DNA from: Acidimicrobiia bacterium
Lineage (GTDB): Bacteria; Actinomycetota; Acidimicrobiia; Spongiisociales; Spongiisociaceae
Direction: 5' to 3'
DNA: 64,000 bases
Assembly: GCA_041576165.1 (NCBI GenBank)
Contig: JBFGLM010000008.1
Span: 59,091-123,090 of the forward strand
Numbering within the stretch: position 1 is the first letter of the stretch; each line of letters begins with the position of its first letter. The position numbers were made by a program, and so were the translations under genes. This document shows positions 46,791-56,461 of this stretch, piece after piece. The notes beneath the pieces were generated by a model. That model did not search any database. It saw only the letters and a program-made list of their open reading frames with translations, and was not told where the DNA came from.

Positions 46791-47396
46791 ATGACCGTGT
46801 TCACAGGAATCATCGAGGAGACTGGGAAGGTCGGCCGGCTGACGTCGGTTGCTACCGGGATCCGGCTTCGCATCGACGCAACGTTGGTGCTCGGTGGGCT
46901 GCAAGAGGGCGATTCGATATGTGTGAACGGTGTTTGCCTGACCGCTACGACGTTTGACGAATCCGGCTTCACGGTCGATGTGGTACCCGAAACACTTCAG
47001 CGCTCCAATCTGGGCGCGCTCGAGGTTGGGAACACGGTGAACCTCGAGCGCCCAATGCGGGCAGACGGCCGGCTCGACGGTCACATCGTTCAGGGCCATG
47101 TTGACGGGACCGGCACCGTCACCGGAGCCGGTGCAACTGAGGAGGGCGGGTATCTGCTCGAGGTGGCGCCCGACCCCAGCCTCATGCGCTACATCGTGGA
47201 GAAAGGTTCGATCACGATCGACGGCGTCAGCCTGACGGTGGCCGCAGTGGGCGAGTCGGAGTTTGCCGTGGCGCTGATCCCCCATACGCTCGAAGTGACC
47301 AACCTCGGGCAGCGTGGGATCGGCGCCTTGGTCAATCTGGAGGTGGACGTCATTGCCAAGTATGTTGAGCGCCTCATGGAAGCACATCAACGATGA
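46791..47396 (+). CDS. ribE: Riboflavin synthase (alpha chain)
   Basis: FTGII, GDSICVNGVCLT, VNLER, GHIVQGHVD; start ATG 46791 or GTG 46797. Confidence 0.95.
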   Translation: MTVFTGIIEETGKVGRLTSVATGIRLRIDATLVLGGLQEGDSICVNGVCLTATTFDESGFTVDVVPETLQRSNLGALEVGNTVNLERPMRADGRLDGHIVQGHVDGTGTVTGAGATEEGGYLLEVAPDPSLMRYIVEKGSITIDGVSLTVAAVGESEFAVALIPHTLEVTNLGQRGIGALVNLEVDVIAKYVERLMEAHQR

Positions 47397-48604
47397 CACA
47401 CGCCTCGATTCCGGACATCCTCGGCGCCATTCGCCATGGCGAGATGGTCATCATCACCGACGATGAAGACCGGGAGAACGAAGGCGATCTGATCGTGGCC
47501 GCAGAGCGGCTGACTGTCGAGCAGATGGCTTTCATGATCCGATATACGAGCGGCATCATCTGCATGTCGCTAGAACGCGAGCGACTCGAAGAACTCGAGT
47601 TGCCCCAGATGGTGACGAAGAACACCGACATCCGTCGCACTGCCTTCACGCACTCGGTTGATGCGCGCGACGGAGTGACGACCGGCATCTCGGCTGGCGA
47701 TCGTACGACCACGGTGCGACGGGTGCTCGATCCGGCCTCAACGCCGGCCGACCTGGCCCGCCCGGGACATATCTTCCCCCTCCAGGCGCAGCCGGGCGGT
47801 GTTCTGCGCCGGGCCGGCCATACCGAAGCGGCTGTTGACCTTGCCCGCTTGGCCGGTCTCTACCCCGCCGGGGTGCTGGCCGAGATCATGAATGAAGACG
47901 GCTCGGTGGCACGTTTGCCTGACCTCGAGCGGTTTGCCAAAGAGCACAACCTCCTCATCGGTACGATCGCAGACCTGATCGCCTACCGGCGCTCCCAATC
48001 GGAGCAGTTCGTCGAGCGGGTGGTCGAGGCGCGGCTGCCAACGCGGTTCGGCGAATTCCGGGCGATCGGCTACCACTCGTTCGACGACCGGCACCATCTC
48101 GCCCTGGTGATGGGGGACGTGGGAGACGGAGAGAACATCCTGGTCCGGGCCCACTCGGAATGCCTGACCGGCGACGTCCTGCACAGCATGCGGTGCGACT
48201 GTGGGCTGCAGCTGGAGGCCGCCATGGACAAGATTGCTCAGGAGGGTCGCGGGGTCATCGTGTATATCCGTGGGCACGAGGGACGCGGCATCGGTCTGCT
48301 GTCGAAGCTGCATGCCTACAACCTGCAAGACCAGGGACGCGACACTGTCCAGGCGAACCAGGAGCTCGGATTACCGGTCGACGCTCGCGAATACGGCGTC
48401 GGCGCTCAGATTCTCTACGACATTGGCGTCCGTTCGATGCGCCTCCTCACCAACAATCCGACCAAACGCGCTGCCATCGAAGGGTATGGACTCACGATCG
48501 TCGACCGGGTGCCGCTGGATACGGGCTCCACGCCACACAATCGGGCGTATCTGCAGGCCAAAGCTGAGAAGCTGGGGCACCTGCTCGAGGTAGATGAGTC
48601 GTGA
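47393..48604 (+). CDS. ribBA: DHBP synthase / GTP cyclohydrolase II
   Basis: DDEDRENEGD, GHTEA, HSECLTGD, RCDCG, EGRGIGL. Confidence 0.97.
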   Translation: MTHASIPDILGAIRHGEMVIITDDEDRENEGDLIVAAERLTVEQMAFMIRYTSGIICMSLERERLEELELPQMVTKNTDIRRTAFTHSVDARDGVTTGISAGDRTTTVRRVLDPASTPADLARPGHIFPLQAQPGGVLRRAGHTEAAVDLARLAGLYPAGVLAEIMNEDGSVARLPDLERFAKEHNLLIGTIADLIAYRRSQSEQFVERVVEARLPTRFGEFRAIGYHSFDDRHHLALVMGDVGDGENILVRAHSECLTGDVLHSMRCDCGLQLEAAMDKIAQEGRGVIVYIRGHEGRGIGLLSKLHAYNLQDQGRDTVQANQELGLPVDAREYGVGAQILYDIGVRSMRLLTNNPTKRAAIEGYGLTIVDRVPLDTGSTPHNRAYLQAKAEKLGHLLEVDES

Positions 48605-49056
48605 ACGTCGCCGAGATCACTGCCGAGGGTCATGAGGGCGAACTGCGGGTGGGCGTCGCGATGTCTGAGTTCAATGCTTTCGTCACCGAGCAGCTCCTGT
48701 CCGGCTGCCTCGATGCTCTGGCGGAGTTGGGGATAGACGACGTGACCGTGGCGCGGGTGGCCGGTGCGCTCGAGGTGCCGCTCGTGGCACAGCGTCTTGC
48801 CGCCGCACACGACGCAGTTGTTGCGATTGGCGCCGTGATCGAGGGAGAAACCGACCACTACCTACATGTGGCCACCCAGGCATCGGCCGGGATCGCCCGG
48901 GTGGCACTCGACACGGGAGTCCCGGTCGGGAACGCTATTTTGACCGTCCGGGATCCGGCCCACGCGCGGGACCGCAGTATGCCCGGTCCGTCCAACAAGG
49001 GTTATGAGGCGGCCACAGCCACCATTCAGGCCGCCCGGGTGCTTTCCCAGCTGTGA
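48601..49056 (+). CDS. ribH: Lumazine synthase
   Basis: FN, GALEVP, GAVIEGETDH, NKG. Confidence 0.93.
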   Translation: MNVAEITAEGHEGELRVGVAMSEFNAFVTEQLLSGCLDALAELGIDDVTVARVAGALEVPLVAQRLAAAHDAVVAIGAVIEGETDHYLHVATQASAGIARVALDTGVPVGNAILTVRDPAHARDRSMPGPSNKGYEAATATIQAARVLSQL

Positions 49057-49099
49057 CAGGCCGGGGAAGGCTCTATACTGCACCCGACAATCCAGGAAC

Positions 49100-49313
49100 A
49101 AAGCGGAACGAGCTGTTTCCCACCCGGCCATCGGCGAGATGCGCCGCGGTACGATCCCCGGGGTTCACGACAGGCTGATTGCGGTGCCTCGGGGTCATGT
49201 CCCATACCCTCCGGTACACGCCGGTAGAGACCCAGTACTGACAAGTCAGTACGGAGACAACGCTGTGCGGCGGGATTGGGCGAGAGACGCAGCCGTGGAC
49301 GCTGCGTCTTTTT
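49100..49313 (+). ncRNA. Ribosomal protein L20 leader-like RNA with terminator
   Basis: AAGCGGAAC-GAGCT-GTTTCCCACCCG ... CGGGATTGGG resembles the L20 leader; followed by hairpin AGAGACGCAGC-N7-GCTGCGTCTTTTT; -10 TATACT at 49074. Confidence 0.65.
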
Positions 49314-49384
49314 CGCGTTGGGCTTGCCCGACGATCAGAAGGAATGATCGATGGATCGTTCCGTGACGACAAAGGAGGTCGGCT

Positions 49385-50056
49385 ATCGCCGAACCGCGTG
49401 TAAACGGGAATATTCGGGCCAAAGAGGTGCGGGTCGTCGCGCCTGATGGCGAACAGATTGGGGTGAAAAAGCTCGAGGAGGCTCTGTGGCTGGCTGATCA
49501 GCTGGACATGGATCTCGTCGAGGTGGCCCCGAACGCCAAACCGCCCGTCGCCCGTCTGATGGACTACGGGAAGTACAAGTACGAGCAGTCCGTCAAGGAG
49601 CGCGAAGCTCGCAAGAAACAGTCGAGGAGCACCGTCAAGGAATTGACCTTCAAGGTCAAGATCGGCGACCACGACTACCAGATCAAACGGGACCGCGCCG
49701 CCAGATTCCTGCGGGACGGTGATCGGGTCCGTGTCCGGATTTGGTTCCGCGGCCGTGAGGCCAGCCGTCCCGAATTGGGCCGCCGGATCATGGACCGCCT
49801 AGCGACAGAACTGGAGCCGTTTGGCAAGGTCGAGCAGGACGCCAAGCAAGAAGGCCGCAATATGACCATGGTGTTCGCACCCATCAAGCACGCACCGGAG
49901 CCCGCAGAGAGCGCGCAAGAAGAGGTCGCGGCCGCTGCGGAGATGCCAACCCCTGAATCGAATGGAGAGGTCGCAGCTGATTCCGGCGAGGACACGGCAA
50001 TGGAGACCGTCGAGCAAACCGGAGACAAAGACGCCAAAGCAGACACCAGCGAATAG
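49385..50056 (+). CDS. infC: Translation initiation factor IF-3 (ATC start)
   Basis: AAAGGAGG SD, then [18 protein letters not shown]; [20 protein letters not shown]; in-frame TGA at 49364 excludes upstream starts. Confidence 0.95.
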   Translation: MAEPRVNGNIRAKEVRVVAPDGEQIGVKKLEEALWLADQLDMDLVEVAPNAKPPVARLMDYGKYKYEQSVKEREARKKQSRSTVKELTFKVKIGDHDYQIKRDRAARFLRDGDRVRVRIWFRGREASRPELGRRIMDRLATELEPFGKVEQDAKQEGRNMTMVFAPIKHAPEPAESAQEEVAAAAEMPTPESNGEVAADSGEDTAMETVEQTGDKDAKADTSE

Positions 50057-50067
50057 GGAACGAACAC

Positions 50068-50262
50068 ATGCCAAAGATGAAGACACACAAGGGCGCCGCC
50101 CGCCGCTTCAAGACGACCGGCTCGGGCAAGATTCGTCGGCGCCAGGCGCATCGCGGCCATCTACGCCTCGCCAAGGGCGCCGACAGCTACCGGCGACTCA
50201 AAGGCGAAACCGACCTGGCCAAGGGCGACGAGAAGCGCATCAAACGTCTGTTGGGCCAGTAG
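50068..50262 (+). CDS. rpmI: 50S ribosomal protein L35
   Basis: [15 protein letters not shown]. Confidence 0.97.
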   Translation: MPKMKTHKGAARRFKTTGSGKIRRRQAHRGHLRLAKGADSYRRLKGETDLAKGDEKRIKRLLGQ

Positions 50263-50290
50263 CGCGGACGAGGACGGAGGAGGTAGCGCC

Positions 50291-50647
50291 ATGGCACGGG
50301 TGAAACGCGCCGTACATTCCAAGAAGAAGCACAAGAAGGTCTTGGCGCGAGCGAAAGGTTACGGCGGAGCGCGCAGTCGCCGGTACCGCACGGCAAATGA
50401 ACAGGTGATGCATTCCATGCGGTATGCCTATCGTGACCGGCGGGCGCGCAAGGGTGATTTCCGGCGCCTGTGGATCTCACGGATCAATGCCGCCGCCCGC
50501 CAGAACGGCACGACGTACTCGCAACTCATTGCTGGTCTGAAGGCGGCCGAATTCGAGGTTGACCGCAAGATGCTGGCCGACATCGCCGTGAACGACCCGG
50601 CCACGTTCCGGCAGATCGTCGAGCTCGCCGGGAGTAACGAAGGCTGA
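50291..50647 (+). CDS. rplT: 50S ribosomal protein L20
   Basis: [29 protein letters not shown]. Confidence 0.98.
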   Translation: MARVKRAVHSKKKHKKVLARAKGYGGARSRRYRTANEQVMHSMRYAYRDRRARKGDFRRLWISRINAAARQNGTTYSQLIAGLKAAEFEVDRKMLADIAVNDPATFRQIVELAGSNEG

Positions 50648-50668
50648 AGCGGCTCGCAGAGATTCGAA

Positions 50669-51421
50669 ATGGAGCCGGTCACGTCGCCGCGAAACCCCCG
50701 GGTGGCGGCGGCTGCCCGGCTTCATCGCGCTCGTGAGCGAAAAGCCACCGGACTGACCCTCATCGAGGGCCCCCACCTCTTGGCCGAAGCGCAGGCAGGC
50801 GGCGCGGATATTCGTGAGGTCTTTGCGGTCGCTGATGACGCGAGCGCAACCCTGGTCGGAGCTGGCGGACCCTCCGTCACACCGGTCACCGAGCTCGTGC
50901 TATCCCGCATCGCCGGCACCGAGCACCCGCGGGGCCCGGTCGCCGTCATCGCAATCCCCCCGCCGGTTGCCGCCAGGAGTGACATCGTGCTCCTTGCCGT
51001 CAACGATCCGGGGAACGCCGGAAGCCTGATAAGAACGGCCGCCGCCTTCGGCTACGAAGTTGCGGTTTTTCCGGGCGCAGTCGACGTCTGGAGCCCGAAG
51101 GTGTTACGGGGCGCCGCCGGAGGGCACTTCCGAACCCGCATCGTCAACGTTCCGGAAGCAGACGAGCGGGCCGTGGTTACGCTGGCTGTATCGGGGGGCG
51201 TCACGTTGGATCGGGCGGCGAGCCTGCTCGATCCGGAGCCGCTTGTCACTCTCGTCGTCGGCAACGAAGCGCACGGGGTGCCCGAGTCACTTCGGCTGGG
51301 CGCCCGCCTCGAGATCACCATCCCGATGGAACCGGGGGTCGAGAGTCTGAATGCGGCGGTCGCCGGAGCGCTTGCTATGTACGAGTTGAGAAAGCGCCGC
51401 ACCGACAGGCCGACCCCGTGA
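50669..51421 (+). CDS. TrmH/SpoU-family RNA methyltransferase
   Basis: DPGNAGSLIRTAAAFG, GNEAHG, IPM...ESLNAAVA. Confidence 0.92.
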   Translation: MEPVTSPRNPRVAAAARLHRARERKATGLTLIEGPHLLAEAQAGGADIREVFAVADDASATLVGAGGPSVTPVTELVLSRIAGTEHPRGPVAVIAIPPPVAARSDIVLLAVNDPGNAGSLIRTAAAFGYEVAVFPGAVDVWSPKVLRGAAGGHFRTRIVNVPEADERAVVTLAVSGGVTLDRAASLLDPEPLVTLVVGNEAHGVPESLRLGARLEITIPMEPGVESLNAAVAGALAMYELRKRRTDRPTP

Positions 51422-51477
51422 TGCATGGCGGTAATCGTCTCGTCCACCGCCGGCTCATCCTCTAACCTCGCGCTGCT

Positions 51478-52497
51478 ATGGACCTGGGTGAGCTCGAACA
51501 ACTGGTCGAAGACGCGCCCCGCATGGTGGCGCAGGCGGCGACTCTGCCCGAGCTCGACCAGGTCGAGGCCGACCTGGTCGGCCGTCGTTCCCTTCTTTCG
51601 GAGCTGCGTAGGGGCCTGGGCTCGGTCGATCCGGATCAACGCCCGGTCCTGGGCGCCCGGCTGAACGAAATCCACCAGGATCTGCAGGAGCACATCCGAA
51701 GGCGGCGCGGATATCTGGAGCTCGAGGCAGAGAACGCATTGCTCGCAGACGAGCAAGTCGACGTCACACTGCCTGGTGCCCGACCGCCCCGAGGTACACA
51801 CCACCTGATCACCCGGACGATGGATGAAGTGGCAGACATCTTCGGATCGATCGGCTATCAGGTCGCCTCGGGACCGGAGGTGGAAACGGCGTGGTACAAC
51901 TTCGATGCGCTCAATACTCCAGAGACGCACCCGGCCCGCTTCGAGAGCGACACGCTGTACGTGGAATCGTTCGATGGGGAAGAACGGGTGGGCTACGACG
52001 AGCTGCTCTTGCGTACCCATACCTCGCCGGTGCAAGCTCGATATATGGAAACCCACGAGCCGCCGGTGTATGTCGTGGTGCCCGGTCGAGTCTTTCGCAG
52101 CGACACGTGGGACGCCACTCACTCTCCGGTCTTCCACCAGATCGAAGGGCTGGCGGTGGACGACGACATCACCATCGGTGACCTCAAAGGCACACTGGCC
52201 TATTTCGCCCGGGAGTTCTTCGGCCCGGAGACGAAGACGCGTTTCATCCCACATTTCTTCCCGTTCACAGAACCTTCGGCCGAGGTGCACGTCTGGTTCC
52301 GGGGGGGATGGTTGGAGATGTTGGGTTGCGGCATGGTCGATCCCAACGTGTTCGCAGCAGTCGGGTACGACCCCGAGGCCGTGACGGGATTCGCTTTTGG
52401 CATGGGCGTTGAGCGCCTGGCGATGGTCCGTCACAACATTGGTGATATTCGCTATTTCTACGAGAACGACCTTCGGGTCCTGGGACAGTTCCGATGA
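51478..52497 (+). CDS. pheS: Phenylalanine--tRNA ligase alpha subunit
   Basis: NFDALN, LRTHTSPVQ, FHQIEGL, FPFTEPS, GFAFGMGVER. Confidence 0.98.
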   Translation: MDLGELEQLVEDAPRMVAQAATLPELDQVEADLVGRRSLLSELRRGLGSVDPDQRPVLGARLNEIHQDLQEHIRRRRGYLELEAENALLADEQVDVTLPGARPPRGTHHLITRTMDEVADIFGSIGYQVASGPEVETAWYNFDALNTPETHPARFESDTLYVESFDGEERVGYDELLLRTHTSPVQARYMETHEPPVYVVVPGRVFRSDTWDATHSPVFHQIEGLAVDDDITIGDLKGTLAYFAREFFGPETKTRFIPHFFPFTEPSAEVHVWFRGGWLEMLGCGMVDPNVFAAVGYDPEAVTGFAFGMGVERLAMVRHNIGDIRYFYENDLRVLGQFR

Positions 52498-52582
52498 GTA
52501 CCGATCGCGTTCGCGCCGCTTTCCCGGCTGTCGTCCGGCCCTCGACCCGGCCCCGGAGTGGCCAGCCGGTGAGGAGTGAATC

Positions 52583-55006
52583 GTGAAGGTTCCGCTGTCC
52601 TGGCTTGCTGACTTCGTCGACCTGCCTACCCAGGATCCCGATGAGCTAGACGAGATTCTCGGTTCGCTCGGTCATGAGGTCGAAGGCTGGGAGGAGATCC
52701 GCCCCACGTTCGAAGGCGTAGTGGTGGCCTCCGTCGAGACCATCGCGCCGCATCCCGACGCCGACAAGGTGCGGCTGTGCCGGGTAAACACCGGCGCCGG
52801 GGAGATCGACGTGGTTTGTGGCGCGTGGAACTTCGAAGAGGGAGCGATCGTGGCCTACGCCACTGTCGGTGCCAAGTTGGGAATGGACGGCGACGAACCG
52901 TATGAGATCTCCCGCCGCAAGATACGGGGAGTCGAGTCCAACGGCATGATCTGCTCGGCTGCGGAGCTGAAGCTGGGCGATGACCACCAGGGCATCATGG
53001 TCCTCGATCAGCTAGGAGTCGCCGGCCCCGAGGACATTGGCAAGGACGTTGCCACCCTTCTACCGATCTCCGACACAGTCCTCGACATCTCGATCACCCC
53101 GAACCGGGGCGACTGTATGTCCATCCTCGGCATTGCCCGCGAGCTGGGCGCCTACTGGAAGCTGCCGATTCGCCAGCCAGACCTCGACATGACGGTTACA
53201 GGACCCCCGATAGAAGCGTCGATCGACATCCTCGACGCTGAAGCCTGTCCGCGGTTCGTGGCCAGACAGGTCGACAGTGTGGTCATCGGACCTTCGCCGT
53301 TGTGGATGCAGCTGCGCTTGCTCGCCGCCGGCCAGCGCCCGATCTCGAATGTGGTCGATGTGTCCAACTACGTCATGTTCGAGCTAGGCCACCCCATCCA
53401 CACGTTCGACGCCGCCACCATCCAGGACCTGTCTTTGACGATCCGCCGAGCCGAGGCGGGCGAGGCGCTCACCACGCTCGACGGGGTGGAGCGCAAGCTG
53501 GAAGCATCCGACATCATCGTGGCGGACGGGACGGGAGCCATTGCGCTGGCGGGCGTGATGGGGGGACTATCGACCGAGGTCACCGACGACACCTCCAGCA
53601 TCCTGGTGGAGGCGGCGAACTGGCATCCACCGTCCATCATGCACACGTCGAGGCGATTGAACCTCACCAGCGAGGCATCGAAGCGCTTTGAGCGGGGCGT
53701 GGATCGGAACCTATCCGACATCGCGACACAGCGGACCGCAAAGCTGATCGCCGAAACGGGCTGCGGGGCGATCCGGACAGGAGTAGTCGATGCCTATCCC
53801 GCCAGGCTCGAACCGTGGCATATCGACGTCGCCGCCCGTGACATCCGCCGGCTGCTGGGGGAAGAGCCGTCTCTGGCTGAAAGCGCAGACTTGTTGGACC
53901 GCTTGGGGTTCGACCCCGTGGTTGGCGAGGGCTCCCTCGATGTCAGTGTTCCCACGCGACGCAGCGACGTGACCCGTCCTGCCGACGTAATCGAGGAGAT
54001 CGCTCGGCTGTACGGCTATGACAGATTCGAGGATCGCGTGTCCCGGGGCCCGACCGGAGGGCTGACCCACGAGCAAGCCGCCACCCGACGGCTCCGGTCG
54101 GCCATGGTCGGGGCCGGCTACACCGAGGCACAGACACTCTCGTTTGTGGGCCAGGCCGAGCTCGACCTGCTGCGCATGCCCTCCGATGACCCACGAGCCA
54201 CCGGTACCCGGGTTCTCAATCCGCTACGGGACGAGGAGGCCACACTGCGCACCACGCTGCTACCCGGTTTGCTGAGAGCCGTTGCGTACAACGTGGGGCA
54301 TGGATTAGGAGATGTCGCTCTTTTCGAAACGGGCAAGGTCTTTCTGCCCACCCCCGACCCGGGCGACAGCCGGATCCCCGCTCAACCTGACTATCTGGCC
54401 TGGGCCGCCTATGGGCGGCAGGGTGCGGGGGGGTATCACGGGGTGAGTCGTGAGGCGGACTTCTTCACCGCCTCGGGCGTTGTCGAGATGCTGGCCTCTC
54501 TCACGGGCATTTCCTTGACCCTGGTCGAGGCCGCGTTGCCCTCGCTCCATCCGGGCCGGGCCGCCCGGGTGATGCAGGGCGAAATAATGGTGGGCTTCGT
54601 GGGGGAGCTGCATCCTGCGGTGGCCCGTGATTTCGGCCTGAAGGAACGGGTTGCGATTGGGGAACTGGAACTGGAGCCGCTCGTTCGCCCGAGCGAACCG
54701 TGGTCACTGCGCGATATCTCTCCTTTCCCGCCGGTCCGGTTCGATCTGGCGTTCGAGGCGCCCGAAGAACTGCCGGCAGGTCGGTTGGAATCCGTCATTC
54801 GCAGCTCGGCCGGCGACATGCTCGAAACGCTCAACCTGTTTGATGTGTTCCGAGGGGGTACGTTGGGAGAGGGGCGCAAGAGCCTCGCCTACCGGCTCAC
54901 CTTCCGCGCTCATGACCGGACGCTGACCGACGAGGAAATGGGCGTGGTGCGTCAACGCATCGTCGTTGCGGCCGCCCAGCTGGACGCGCGACTACGGGGA
55001 GGCTGA
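52583..55006 (+). CDS. pheT: Phenylalanine--tRNA ligase beta subunit
   Basis: MKVPLSWL, VCGA, TPNRGD, RFERG, EEIARLYGY, KSLAYRL. Confidence 0.98.
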   Translation: MKVPLSWLADFVDLPTQDPDELDEILGSLGHEVEGWEEIRPTFEGVVVASVETIAPHPDADKVRLCRVNTGAGEIDVVCGAWNFEEGAIVAYATVGAKLGMDGDEPYEISRRKIRGVESNGMICSAAELKLGDDHQGIMVLDQLGVAGPEDIGKDVATLLPISDTVLDISITPNRGDCMSILGIARELGAYWKLPIRQPDLDMTVTGPPIEASIDILDAEACPRFVARQVDSVVIGPSPLWMQLRLLAAGQRPISNVVDVSNYVMFELGHPIHTFDAATIQDLSLTIRRAEAGEALTTLDGVERKLEASDIIVADGTGAIALAGVMGGLSTEVTDDTSSILVEAANWHPPSIMHTSRRLNLTSEASKRFERGVDRNLSDIATQRTAKLIAETGCGAIRTGVVDAYPARLEPWHIDVAARDIRRLLGEEPSLAESADLLDRLGFDPVVGEGSLDVSVPTRRSDVTRPADVIEEIARLYGYDRFEDRVSRGPTGGLTHEQAATRRLRSAMVGAGYTEAQTLSFVGQAELDLLRMPSDDPRATGTRVLNPLRDEEATLRTTLLPGLLRAVAYNVGHGLGDVALFETGKVFLPTPDPGDSRIPAQPDYLAWAAYGRQGAGGYHGVSREADFFTASGVVEMLASLTGISLTLVEAALPSLHPGRAARVMQGEIMVGFVGELHPAVARDFGLKERVAIGELELEPLVRPSEPWSLRDISPFPPVRFDLAFEAPEELPAGRLESVIRSSAGDMLETLNLFDVFRGGTLGEGRKSLAYRLTFRAHDRTLTDEEMGVVRQRIVVAAAQLDARLRGG

Positions 55007-55009
55007 GCC

Positions 55010-55903
55010 ATGAGGGACTTCCTGAGCGTGGCCGATCTGGGTGTCGATGGGCTGCGGACGCTGGTCGACGTCGCCGGTCAGGTGAAATCGAACCCGGAGC
55101 GCTACTCGGATCGAATGGCCGGGCGGGCAGTAGGGCTGTTCTTCATGAAACCATCTACGCGTACGCGGGTATCTTCTGAGCTGGCCGCCGTGCAGATGGG
55201 CGCCCACCCCGTCGTGCTGGGCCAGCATGAGGTCGGGCTGGGAACCCGGGAATCCGTGAAAGATGTAGCCCGTGTCCTCGACCGATATTTGGACGTACTG
55301 GCATTCCGGGTCTTCTCGCATGGTGACCTGATCGACCTGGCGGAGCATGCGAACGCGGCTGTCATCAACCTGCTGTCTGATGCGGAGCATCCGTGCCAGG
55401 CGGTGGCGGACTTGCTCACCATCGAGGAGCATCTTCCATTGGCCAAGGCCACGGTGACCTACGTAGGAGATGGCAACAACGTGTGCCACTCGTTGATGGT
55501 CGGCGGTGCGATGCTCGGCGCGAACATGCGAGTTGTCACCCCTCTTGGTCATGAACCCGATGCCCGGTTCGTCGAGCTCTCCCGCCTGTTGGGCGGCCAT
55601 GTCGAAGTCACCAACGACATCGCCGGCGTGGACGGCGCCGATGTCGTGTACACCGACGTGTGGGCGTCGATGGGTCAGGAATCGGAGCAGGCGAGCCGGG
55701 CTGAAACCTTCGCTCCGTACCAAGTGAACCTGAGTTTGTTCGAGCGGGCCCAACCTTCCGCGATCTTCCTCCACTGCCTGCCGGCCCATCGGGGCGATGA
55801 GGTGACCGACGAAGTCGCCGACCACGCTCGGTCGCGTATGTTCGATCAGGCGGAGAACCGGCTCCACGCCTTCAAGGCAATCCTTCTGTCCGTGTTCGAG
55901 TGA
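55010..55903 (+). CDS. argF: Ornithine carbamoyltransferase
   Basis: KPSTRTR, HPCQ, WASMG, HCLP, QAENR. Confidence 0.95.
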   Translation: MRDFLSVADLGVDGLRTLVDVAGQVKSNPERYSDRMAGRAVGLFFMKPSTRTRVSSELAAVQMGAHPVVLGQHEVGLGTRESVKDVARVLDRYLDVLAFRVFSHGDLIDLAEHANAAVINLLSDAEHPCQAVADLLTIEEHLPLAKATVTYVGDGNNVCHSLMVGGAMLGANMRVVTPLGHEPDARFVELSRLLGGHVEVTNDIAGVDGADVVYTDVWASMGQESEQASRAETFAPYQVNLSLFERAQPSAIFLHCLPAHRGDEVTDEVADHARSRMFDQAENRLHAFKAILLSVFE

Positions 55904-56436
55904 TCGATCCAGCGCTGTCGGTTGACGAGGTGGCCCGCAGTCTGCTCGGCGCGAGGCTTCGATCTCTGGTCGGAGACGAGCTCACTGAAGTCGAGCTGAC
56001 CGAGGTGGAGGCCTACGGAGGCGAAGACGATCCCGCCTCACACGCCTTTCGCGGGCGCACGGCTCGGAATGAATCAATGTTTGGACCGGCGGGGACCATC
56101 TACGTCTATCGCTCCTACGGCGTGCATTGGTGCATGAACATCGTGACAGGCCCGGAGGGCACCGGACAAGCCGTCCTGCTGCGAGGAGGAAGGCCGGTGG
56201 CAGGTGAAGCTGTGATGGTTCGCCGGCGGGGCCGACCGACCAACCTGGCCGACGGGCCCGGGAAACTGACCCAGGCCCTGGGGATCGATGCAATGCACGA
56301 CGGGCTCCGCCTGGGAGCCACCGACCTGGTGGCACTGGTGCTGGGTGAGAGTCCTCGGCCGACCTTCATCGCTACCCCCCGGGTGGGTATCAGTCGCGAA
56401 GCGGACCGGCCGTGGCGCTACGTGCTCGCCCACTGA
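55900..56436 (+). CDS. DNA-3-methyladenine glycosylase (MPG/AAG family)
   Basis: EVEAY, DPASH, YVYRSYGVHWCMNIV, GPGKLTQAL, PRVGIS. Confidence 0.93.
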   Translation: MIDPALSVDEVARSLLGARLRSLVGDELTEVELTEVEAYGGEDDPASHAFRGRTARNESMFGPAGTIYVYRSYGVHWCMNIVTGPEGTGQAVLLRGGRPVAGEAVMVRRRGRPTNLADGPGKLTQALGIDAMHDGLRLGATDLVALVLGESPRPTFIATPRVGISREADRPWRYVLAH

Positions 56437-56461
56437 GGACAGCCAGCAGTCATATCGCCGG

